Notes under the pieces: generated by a model
The model's input: only the letters and a program-made list of their open reading frames with translations
What the model was told of the DNA's origin: nothing
The model's database searches: none
Made by a program: the position numbers and the translations under genes
In this document: piece by piece, positions 19,917-28,054 of the stretch
Layout: every line of letters begins with the position of its first letter
Position numbering within the stretch: position 1 is the stretch's first letter
Assembly (NCBI GenBank): GCA_963706595.1
Contig: OY970166.1
Span: 2,304,001 to 2,368,000 of the forward strand
Source: an uncultured cyanobacterium
Lineage (GTDB): Bacteria > Cyanobacteriota > Cyanobacteriia > Cyanobacteriales > Nostocaceae
DNA length: 64,000 nucleotides
Reading direction: 5' to 3'

Positions 19917-20699
19917 CTAGCCAGCCACCTGAATCGGACCATCCACACTACCACTAATAAATTGTCTAATTAAGGGATCTTCTGTGCTATCTATATCACT
20001 AACTCTACCTTGCCACTGTACTTTACCTTGATAAAGAAACACTAATCTATCAGTTGTACGGCGAATGGTACTATCTTGGTGCGTCACAATGGCATAAGTG
20101 CTACAGACTCCTTGTGTCAATTGTAACTCACGAATTAAATCTTCTATGACTGTGGAGGCAATGGGGTCAAGTCCGGCGGTGGGTTCATCGTATAGTAAAA
20201 CTTCTGGACCTTCTGTGAGATTATCAGGGTTAGAGATAATTGCTCTAGCAAAACTCACCCGTTTTCGCATTCCCCCGGATAGTTCAGATGGGTACAGATG
20301 GCTAATTCCCGACAAACCGACCATTTCTAATTTTTCTTTAACTATTTCTTGGATACGCGATCGCGGTATCTTGGAATGTTGATACAGTAAAAAACCCACA
20401 TTTTCATCCACAGTCAAAGAATCAAATAAAGCCGCCTGTTGAAACACCATCCCAATCCCAATGGGATCAGCACTATCCTCAATTAACCCATCTCGCCGTA
20501 CCCCTTGGATATAAATTTCTCCGCTATCGGGAGCCAATAATCCGGCAATAATTCGTAAAACCGTTGATTTACCAGTGCCTGAAGGTCCAATAATTCCGAC
20601 TGCTTCTCCCTGGTAAATCGTCAAATCCACATTATCTAAAACTTTATTGCTACCAAAGGATTTAGAAATGCCTTTCAGTTCAATTAATGGTTCATTCAT
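19917..20699 (-). CDS. MlaF/TGD3-like ABC ATPase
   Basis: GPSGTGKS, LSGGMRKRV, YDEPTAGLDP. Adjacent to mlaD. Confidence 0.9.
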   Translation of the reverse strand: MNEPLIELKGISKSFGSNKVLDNVDLTIYQGEAVGIIGPSGTGKSTVLRIIAGLLAPDSGEIYIQGVRRDGLIEDSADPIGIGMVFQQAALFDSLTVDENVGFLLYQHSKIPRSRIQEIVKEKLEMVGLSGISHLYPSELSGGMRKRVSFARAIISNPDNLTEGPEVLLYDEPTAGLDPIASTVIEDLIRELQLTQGVCSTYAIVTHQDSTIRRTTDRLVFLYQGKVQWQGRVSDIDSTEDPLIRQFISGSVDGPIQVAG

Positions 20700-20768
20700 T
20701 AGTCATTAGCCCTTCGACTACGCTCAGGGTAAATCATTGGTCATTGGTCATTTTAGTCGTTAGTCATT
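20696..20768. repeat. TCATTAG/G heptamer repeats with embedded CCCTTCGACTACGCTCAGGG hairpin repeat
   Basis: Heptamer units flank the REP-like 20-mer at 20710-20729. Confidence 0.65.
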
Positions 20769-20773
20769 AAAAT

Positions 20774-22309
20774 ATGAACTCAGCACTCAATACTCAGCAG
20801 TCTCAAGATGTCATCGTAATTGGTAGCGGTATTGGCGGGTTATGCGCTGCGGGTTTACTGGCTCGTTATGGTAAGCGGGTAATTGTGTGTGAAAGCCACG
20901 CAATTCCCGGCGGTGCAGCCCATAGTTTTAGACGAAGAGGATTTGAATTTGATTCTGGCCCCTCTTTTTATTGTGGTCTTACAGATCCTCAGAGTTTGAA
21001 TCCTGTAACACAAGTTCTTAAAGTTCTAGGCGAATCTCTCCAAGTTATCCCCTATGATCCATTAGGACACTACCATTTTCCTGAAGCCATTTTTGCAGTT
21101 TATGGCCATGCTGAGAAGTACCTTAATGAACTGCATAAAATTACGCCCCAAGGTGCTAAAGAATTCCAACAATTTGCCGAACGCTTATTAAAGCTATACG
21201 AGGGGATGAAAGGCATTCCCACTCTAGCTTTGAGAGCAGATTGGCAGGTGATTTTAGTCTTGATGACACGTTATTTTTCATCTTTAACGAAAATGTTACC
21301 TAACTTACCCCTTGTTCAATCTTCTGTGGGCAATGTCATGGATGCTACAGTTAAAGACCCTTGGGTACGTCGGCTCATTGACCTGGAATGCTTTTTATTA
21401 TCTGGTTTAAAGGCACACGGCACAATTGCCCCAGAGGTAGCGTTTATGTTAGGTGAACGCTCTCGTGCTGGAGTTGAGTATCCTGTGGGCGGAAGTGGTG
21501 CAATTGTCAATGCTTTGGTGAGGGGTTTAGAACGCTGGGGTGGTAAGTTACGCCTGGGGTGTCATGTAGACCAAATTCTGGTGGAATCGGGTAAAGCTGT
21601 GGGTGTAAAGTTGCAAAATGGTGAAATTCTCCAAGCACCGATAGTCATTTCTAATGCGACGATTTGGGATACTTACAATCACCTATTACGCCCTGAAGAT
21701 TTACCTGCATCATATCGGCAAGTTGCATTAGAAACACCCGCCGTTGATAGCTTTATGCATTTACACTTAGGTATCCGGGCAAATGGTTTAGAAAATTTGA
21801 CGGGACATCATGTAGTAGTGCATGATTCAAATCAAGATATCAGCGTACCGGGTAATACTTGCATGATTTCCATTCCCAGTGTGTGGGATGCAACTTTAGC
21901 CCCAGAGGGACATCATGTGGTTCATGCTTACACTCTCGAACCTTATGCAGGATGGGAACGAAATGATGGGTATGAAGCTAGGAAACAAGAGAAAGCGCAA
22001 TCTTTATATCGGGCTTTAGAGCGAGTTATCCCAGATATTCGTGAGCGTGTGATGTTGGAACTGATTGGAACACCGCTAACTCATGCTCATTATTTACGGC
22101 GATATCAGGGAACTTATGGACCGGCTATAGTTGCGGGTCAGGGGATGTTTCCTGGTACGCAAACACCGATAAAGGGTTTGTATCGTGTGGGTGATAGTAC
22201 TATGCCGGGAATTGGTGTACCTGCGGTAGCTGCTTCGGGGATTTTGTGTGCTAATAGTTTGGTGAATGTGGAGCAAACGGCAGAGTTATTAGAAAATTTC
22301 AACTATTGA
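20774..22309 (+). CDS. Phytoene desaturase/carotenoid isomerase (CrtH/CrtI-like) FAD oxidoreductase
   Basis: GSGIGG dinucleotide fold, FDSGPS, GDSTMPGIGVPAV. Confidence 0.88.
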   Translation: MNSALNTQQSQDVIVIGSGIGGLCAAGLLARYGKRVIVCESHAIPGGAAHSFRRRGFEFDSGPSFYCGLTDPQSLNPVTQVLKVLGESLQVIPYDPLGHYHFPEAIFAVYGHAEKYLNELHKITPQGAKEFQQFAERLLKLYEGMKGIPTLALRADWQVILVLMTRYFSSLTKMLPNLPLVQSSVGNVMDATVKDPWVRRLIDLECFLLSGLKAHGTIAPEVAFMLGERSRAGVEYPVGGSGAIVNALVRGLERWGGKLRLGCHVDQILVESGKAVGVKLQNGEILQAPIVISNATIWDTYNHLLRPEDLPASYRQVALETPAVDSFMHLHLGIRANGLENLTGHHVVVHDSNQDISVPGNTCMISIPSVWDATLAPEGHHVVHAYTLEPYAGWERNDGYEARKQEKAQSLYRALERVIPDIRERVMLELIGTPLTHAHYLRRYQGTYGPAIVAGQGMFPGTQTPIKGLYRVGDSTMPGIGVPAVAASGILCANSLVNVEQTAELLENFNY

Positions 22310-22458
22310 TTACATCCCTGTATTTATAAGGATTTGAAACATAATTGCAGACGTTTCAAGTTAACCCAGCTAGTACCGTTAGCCGAGCGGTGATTTCAAG
22401 GAAAAATACTATAATTTGCTTAAAGCTTAACTTATCGTACTCCTGAAACATCCCTAAA

Positions 22459-23508
22459 ATGATAGAAGTATCGCTCAAGGTATTCTGTTCCTACTCTCAC
22501 AAAGACGAACTTCTACGGAAAGAACTAGAAAACCATCTGAGTGTTTTCACAGACCAGGGTAAAATTTCACTCTGGCATGATGGCATAATAACGGCAGGGG
22601 CAGTGTGGGATCAGGAAATTAAAGATAATCTCAATACAGCCGATATAATTTTGTTGCTTGTGAGTTCTGATTTTATGGCTTCCCTATACTGCCGGAAAGT
22701 TGAGGTAACAAAGGCAATAGAACGTCACAATCAAGGAGATGCTTGTGTTATTCCCATTATTTTGCGAAGGGTTGTATGGGAATATGCACCATTTGCTTGC
22801 ATTCAGGGTTTGCCAAAGGATATGCAAAATAATATCTTACCTGTAACATCATGGGCTGACCAAGACGCTGCATTTACTAATGTAGCTAAGGGATTTTGGA
22901 ATGCGGCTGAGAAATTGATTGGGGCGCGTCAACAAAAACTCAACCAGCAAGAAGAAACTGAAAGGCTACAAAGACTACGAGAACAAGAAGAAGCCGATAG
23001 GCGGCGACGAGAACAGCAACCACCAAGACAGAAAATTGATGATTTGAGTTCTGATAAAGGTGTAGACTATACGCGGTTGCGAGATTTGCTCAAAGATGGA
23101 GAGTGGAAAGAAGCAGACCAAGAAACTCTGAAAGTGATGCTAAAAGCTGCTAAGAGAGAAAAAGAAGGCTGGCTTGATATCGATTCAATTGAACAATTTC
23201 CCTGCACAGACTTACGCACTATTGACCAACTTTGGGTAAAATATAGCAATGGGCGTTTTGGGTTTAGTGTACAAAAGCGTGTCTGGGAAAGTGTGGGTGG
23301 AAATCCCAATGGGGATTTAGGAACTTGGTACGATTTCGGCGAGCGCGTGGGCTGGAGAAAGAGAGGATTTAATCTTGAGGAAAATTGGAGAGATTATAAT
23401 GAACTGATCTTCAACGTACAAGCTCCCAAAGGACATCTCCCCGTTAGCGTCGTCTCGGAATATTTAGCGCTAGACTATTTCTCTCGCGTCGAGACTTGTA
23501 AGCTGTAA
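22459..23508 (+). CDS. TIR domain - coiled coil - GUN4 domain protein
   Basis: N-terminal VFCSYSHKD...LLLVSSDF..YCRKVE (TIR). C-terminal VDYTRLRDLL..WKEADQET..DLRTIDQLWVKYSNGRFGFSVQK..GHLP (GUN4). Confidence 0.92.
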   Translation: MIEVSLKVFCSYSHKDELLRKELENHLSVFTDQGKISLWHDGIITAGAVWDQEIKDNLNTADIILLLVSSDFMASLYCRKVEVTKAIERHNQGDACVIPIILRRVVWEYAPFACIQGLPKDMQNNILPVTSWADQDAAFTNVAKGFWNAAEKLIGARQQKLNQQEETERLQRLREQEEADRRRREQQPPRQKIDDLSSDKGVDYTRLRDLLKDGEWKEADQETLKVMLKAAKREKEGWLDIDSIEQFPCTDLRTIDQLWVKYSNGRFGFSVQKRVWESVGGNPNGDLGTWYDFGERVGWRKRGFNLEENWRDYNELIFNVQAPKGHLPVSVVSEYLALDYFSRVETCKL

Positions 23509-23870
23509 TATATAAGGCTTACAAAAAATTGTAAAGATTCCTAAACAAGTCATTTTCTACGAAGTATTGCAGGTTCCACGTTTCCGATAGCTGGCACTGC
23601 TGCTTTCCCCACGTTGCTTGTTTTGCTTGTAGTATGCCGTCAGTAACTTGCGGGTTATAACAATTAGCCAAGATAAACTGAGATGCTACTTTTTCTACTT
23701 CTTCGTTAGTCGCTTCCCATTCATCCCAAGGTAGTCTAACTTTTTTATCAAAGTAAATTTAAAATAATTATTTTCCAAATGTTTAATTTTATTCTCTAAA
23801 ATAGATATATCTTAGTGTTCCTATTTGATAAAACTAAGAACACAGATTTAACGTTAATAAATTTTGCTGT

Positions 23871-24110
23871 ATGAAAATTAAAGGTATAAAGCGCAAGAAC
23901 ACCATAGAACTATTTCAGGAAATAAAAATTCCTGATGGTCAACAAATAGTGATTGAAATTATACAGGAAGAACCTAAAAAAAATGGAATTAGTGAGTCTC
24001 AGTTCTGGCAATCACTAGAAAATTTTCGCCAAGAACAAGAATTAGAAATAGAACCAGAAGTTTTTGCCAATGTGAGAGATACTTCACCAGGACGTGAGGT
24101 AAACTGGTGA
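23871..24110 (+). CDS. Putative antitoxin (VapB-like)
   Basis: Small acidic ORF ending RDTSPGREVNW. Overlaps the PIN gene by 4 bp. Confidence 0.75.
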   Translation: MKIKGIKRKNTIELFQEIKIPDGQQIVIEIIQEEPKKNGISESQFWQSLENFRQEQELEIEPEVFANVRDTSPGREVNW

Positions 24111-24526
24111 GTCTGCGCTTTTTATTAGATACTAATGTTTTCTCTGAGCCATTGCGCCCAATTCCTAACTCGAATGTTATGGAAATGCTACGACAGCATG
24201 AAAATGAAATAGCTACAGCAACTGTTGTCTATCATGAAATACTTTTCGGGTCTTATCGTCTTCCAGATTCAAAAAAACGTCGAACTATAGAAAAATATCT
24301 CCAAGAAGTAATTCAGCCTAATATACCTATACTGCCGTATGATAATAACGCTGCTGAATGGCACGCTTTAGAAAGAGCGCGTTTGGTGGCTATTGGCAAA
24401 ACACCATCATTTCCAGATGGTCAAATTGCTGCAATTGCTCATGTTAATGATCTAATTCTTATTACTAATAATGTATCAGATTATGCTGATTTTAGCCAAC
24501 TTCAAATCGATAACTGGTTTCTATAA
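24107..24526 (+). CDS. vapC: VapC PIN-domain toxin
   Basis: LLDTNVFSE, E, DGQIAA and TNNVSD acidic PIN residues. Confidence 0.9.
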   Translation: MSLRFLLDTNVFSEPLRPIPNSNVMEMLRQHENEIATATVVYHEILFGSYRLPDSKKRRTIEKYLQEVIQPNIPILPYDNNAAEWHALERARLVAIGKTPSFPDGQIAAIAHVNDLILITNNVSDYADFSQLQIDNWFL

Positions 24527-24606
24527 GCTACTTTGACGACCTGATACTTAAGACTATAACGAAGTCAGTATTCTTGTGAAATTAAACTGAGAATTGAAAC
24601 GAGTAT

Positions 24607-25242
24607 TTACATCTGACAAATGGCTTTTAAAACTTGTAAGAGTTCAACTGCACGGGGAGGTTCCATAAAATTTAATAATGGCATCAAGTGATAAATGGGA
24701 GGATTACCCTGTTCAATATAAACAAATTGATAAGCTCTACCATTAGTTGTTAAACCCCAGACTGATGTTTGATTATTTAAATTTTTATAAGCGTAAGTGA
24801 GTAGTTGAGGTAAGCCTGTTGATATATCAATTTGACTATTTTTTGATTCAATTAAAAGTATCCAGAAATATACTTGAGATTTAGTATTTTTAGCTTTACT
24901 AATAGCTAAAATATCCATCCTGCCTTTAATTGTGGTATCTTCATCTTCAACCTCAATATCAGCAATATCTTCTTCTAGGCGAATCTCGATAGGATAGCGA
25001 TAAAATCCAGCTAATCTCAGCAAGGGTGCAAGTACAAGAAATTTCACCTGTCCTTCTGAAACTTTCCCGGATTTCAGGTAACGTTGAAAGTCATCTCTAA
25101 TTTGTAGAAGTTCTTGGTGTTCTGCTTCTAGCAGAGGTTCCAGGGATAACAGGTGAGAAAATGATTCACTGTACTGTTCTTGAAAGCCAAACAGACGCTG
25201 TACATTTTCTAGAGATAAATTACTAGCATTGAGAATTGTCAT
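24607..25242 (-). CDS. Stand-alone PD-(D/E)XK protein (type I restriction HsdR N-terminal-like)
   Basis: SEGQVK, GRMD, IESK, QLLTY and TNG motifs. Confidence 0.8.
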   Translation of the reverse strand: MTILNASNLSLENVQRLFGFQEQYSESFSHLLSLEPLLEAEHQELLQIRDDFQRYLKSGKVSEGQVKFLVLAPLLRLAGFYRYPIEIRLEEDIADIEVEDEDTTIKGRMDILAISKAKNTKSQVYFWILLIESKNSQIDISTGLPQLLTYAYKNLNNQTSVWGLTTNGRAYQFVYIEQGNPPIYHLMPLLNFMEPPRAVELLQVLKAICQM

Positions 25243-25305
25243 TGATTTTTGCTCACATCCAGCAAAAAATATTTCATTACATTAATATTACTCGCTACAC
25301 CCTCT

Positions 25306-25935
25306 TTAATGTTGATGCACTTTTTCTAGTAACCAGATAGAAGCAACCGTACCGACAAAATGAGCCGCAATACCATTGATGTTAGCTACTACTATAAACA
25401 CATCCAGCGCTCGAATAATCTTGTTGGGGTCAGTAATTGCTACTCCTGGGGGTTGAGATACAGCTTTTGCTACTAACACACTGACGCTGATTCCTGCGCC
25501 TAAAATGGTGATGAGTATTCCTATTAAACTCAGCAGAATACCCATGCGAATGGTTCTGGTTGTATCGGCTTTACTAGGATGCAGAGTAGGATTAATATTG
25601 CCTAAGCGTCTACCTATGCGAGTGTAACGAAAATCCCAAAATACGCTAAAGAGTAATAATAAGATGCCAATTATAGCCCAAATTACACCAATTCCTAAGC
25701 CTGGATTCGGTTGGTTAGCAAAATTGCGACCAGTAGAGGCAAATAATAACAATAAGCCAGAAACCAGCGCTAATGCCAATTGTACCCACAACAGAACCCA
25801 CCCTGTGAGACGAATTTGATGGGCAATTTTAGGTATTCTATTTCTATTATGGTGTGATGTTGCTAGAGATGATCGCGATTCTGTTTCTGGTTCCATATTA
25901 ATTTTAGTTGTCCCCATAGTAAATAATATTTGCAC
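25306..25935 (-). CDS. DUF3611 family membrane protein (PIC1/Tic21-like)
   Basis: GWVLLWVQL...IRALDVFIVVAN...AHF pattern, 4 TM segments. Confidence 0.8.
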   Translation of the reverse strand: MQILFTMGTTKINMEPETESRSSLATSHHNRNRIPKIAHQIRLTGWVLLWVQLALALVSGLLLLFASTGRNFANQPNPGLGIGVIWAIIGILLLLFSVFWDFRYTRIGRRLGNINPTLHPSKADTTRTIRMGILLSLIGILITILGAGISVSVLVAKAVSQPPGVAITDPNKIIRALDVFIVVANINGIAAHFVGTVASIWLLEKVHQH

Positions 25936-26112
25936 TGCCCTAACTCATGCACCCACCCACAGACCGAATTACCGCAAAATCTTGAGGAATAGATTAAATC
26001 TGTGAACAGTTATCAAACTCCAGGATGATGATAAATCAGTCAAAAATTGACATAATACTTCTAGAAAACGTGATATTTAAAAATATGCAGCTAATGGCAA
26101 AGAATAAACAGC

Positions 26113-26586
26113 ATGATTAAATCGTGGATGGTAATTGGGGGTGTGGCTTTTGTAATTGCTTTGGCGGCTAATTTGATTACGCCAAGTGGTATCCAGTGGT
26201 TTAAGCGCTTACAAAGACCAAGATGGTTAACTTTTGAAGGGGCGATTCCGATTATTTGGACTATAATATTTATTTGTGGTGCTTGGTCAGCTTATATTGT
26301 TTGGGAAAGCAATCCAGGAAATACCACAACTTGGTTATTCATGGGTTTATATCTATTACTAGAAATAGTGACTATCGCCTATACACCTGTCATGTTTCGG
26401 TTGCGTAGTCTGCGGGTAGGGACAATTTTGGGCGGCACAGGTTTTGTGATTTGTCTAATATTAACACTTGCCATTTTACCTGTTTCTACTTCCGCCGCAC
26501 TGTTATTAGTTCCCTATTTGCTATGGAGTCCCATTGGTACTTATACCACCTGGAAAATGATTAGCCTTAATCCTCAAGATGCGTAA
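26113..26586 (+). CDS. tspO: TspO/MBR family tryptophan-rich sensory protein
   Basis: WFKRLQRPRW, PYLLW, 5 TM segments. Confidence 0.88.
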   Translation: MIKSWMVIGGVAFVIALAANLITPSGIQWFKRLQRPRWLTFEGAIPIIWTIIFICGAWSAYIVWESNPGNTTTWLFMGLYLLLEIVTIAYTPVMFRLRSLRVGTILGGTGFVICLILTLAILPVSTSAALLLVPYLLWSPIGTYTTWKMISLNPQDA

Positions 26587-27229
26587 AACTTGCAGGTAAA
26601 TTATCAGCTTTACTCAAAATGAATAAGCTACCATCTCCGCCACGTCCAATTCTGAAATTGTCATCTAAATAAGTAATATCAAGAGTAGGGACTCTACCTT
26701 GGGGACCATTAGCAGGAACTACTTTAAAGGGGTTCAGTTGGGGAGTGTCAAAGCCAAAAATCTTCTGAATGGATAGATAGCGTTTGTCGAAATTTACATT
26801 GATGCGTTGATTCGGTAAAGGCGATAAATTATCTGTAGCTGGTGCAAAACTAGCTGTGACTTTCACATATCCCGAAACTATTCCCAGAGGATGTTTTACA
26901 AAAGCCAAGTTGAAAAATAGTGTATTGGTAACATCAATTACCTGATAAACTTCACCCAACTGTAATCCTAATGGTAGGGAATCTAAAGAACGGATTTCTC
27001 TAGCTGTGGAGTATAGTAATTTCCACGCGCCATTGAGTAGAGAAATAGCATTTAAGAGTGGTTGGGGATGAGGATTGCAGTTTTCGAGTTCTGTAGCCAA
27101 TTGGGCGATTTCTGCGGCTGAGGTTTTGTCTAGCTTCAAATCAGTGAGAGGAGAACTGAGATTGCTTTTGGTTTGCATCTCCTCTAGGGAAGCTTGTAAT
27201 TTTTGCTTTAATGAAAGTGGATTATTCAA
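26567..27229 (-). CDS. PAP/fibrillin family protein
   Basis: LNGAWKLLYST, LDITYLDDNFRIGRG. Confidence 0.88.
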   Translation of the reverse strand: MNNPLSLKQKLQASLEEMQTKSNLSSPLTDLKLDKTSAAEIAQLATELENCNPHPQPLLNAISLLNGAWKLLYSTAREIRSLDSLPLGLQLGEVYQVIDVTNTLFFNLAFVKHPLGIVSGYVKVTASFAPATDNLSPLPNQRINVNFDKRYLSIQKIFGFDTPQLNPFKVVPANGPQGRVPTLDITYLDDNFRIGRGGDGSLFILSKADNLPASFTHLED

Positions 27230-27231
27230 GG

Positions 27232-27942
27232 TTAAAATATTTTCCGACCATAACGTGCAGTTAAAGGATCAGCCGGATTACTTTGATTATACAACCAAGC
27301 CCACATCTGATCACCAAAGGAAAAATGCCACCATTCTCTAGGGTTGCGTTGAAACCCAGCTTTTAACATCACATCATGTAATAATTGCCGATGAGCGTGA
27401 TATTGTGGTGCATCTGGGTGCTGACTATTGGCATAATAATGGGGATGCGATCGCTCTGACAATTCATCAATGGGCGAACCCATATCAACTATTTCCCCAG
27501 CATCGTTTACCAGCGTCACATCAACAGCAGCACCTGTACTGTGAGGAGGGGGAGTTTTTTCATCGAAACTGGGTACAGCCCAAATTTCATAAACCGACTC
27601 CCAAATTTCTTGGCGTTGCTTGGGTGATAACTCCGCCTCAGTCAAACCCTGCTGTTGTAAAGCTTGTGCAAAACTGTAATCTACCATAAACTGTTGTACA
27701 GCCACAGGGCGATAAGCATCAAAGATTTGGATATACCAATGAGGATGCAGTTCTTGTAGGTAATTTTGAGCTTGAATTAAATTTTTTACCACACTGTCGC
27801 GCAAATAATAAGGTGAATATTCCCCATATTTCGCACCGAGTTTTGCATAAGGATGGGGAGATTCCACTGCAAATAATTCCAAAGGAATCTGCACCAGCAA
27901 TTCACCACATTCAACGATAGGTATTTGGTGATAAGGTCTCAT
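27232..27942 (-). CDS. D-Ala-D-Ala dipeptidase (M15/VanX-like)
   Basis: FDAYRP, PHSTGAAVDVTL, EWWHF. Confidence 0.9.
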   Translation of the reverse strand: MRPYHQIPIVECGELLVQIPLELFAVESPHPYAKLGAKYGEYSPYYLRDSVVKNLIQAQNYLQELHPHWYIQIFDAYRPVAVQQFMVDYSFAQALQQQGLTEAELSPKQRQEIWESVYEIWAVPSFDEKTPPPHSTGAAVDVTLVNDAGEIVDMGSPIDELSERSHPHYYANSQHPDAPQYHAHRQLLHDVMLKAGFQRNPREWWHFSFGDQMWAWLYNQSNPADPLTARYGRKIF

Positions 27943-28013
27943 AGTAATTTATAATTCGTAATTCGTAATTCGTAGCTGATGGAATTTTTTACCGTCTGCA
28001 TAGGCTTTAAATT

Positions 28014-28054
28014 CCCCCTCCTCGCTTGCGGGGAGGGGGTTAGGGGGTGGGGTT
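28014..28054. repeat. REP-like dispersed repeat CCCCTCCTCGCTTGCGGGGAGGGG-TT(A/G)GGGG(G)TGGGGT
   Basis: Near-identical copies at 34058-34097 and 36858-36894. A related inverted copy lies at 54875-54913. Confidence 0.9.

Noticed and set aside
22313..22400. CRISPR-repeat-like words (ATCCCT...GGATTTGAAAC, GTTTCAAG, ATTTCAAG)
   Set aside because: No regular periodicity and no full-length repeated unit.
22459..25242. Complete DGR cassette near TIR-GUN4
   Set aside because: No reverse transcriptase, accessory gene or second copy of the GUN4 3' region was found in the window. Only the remote-target hypothesis is kept.
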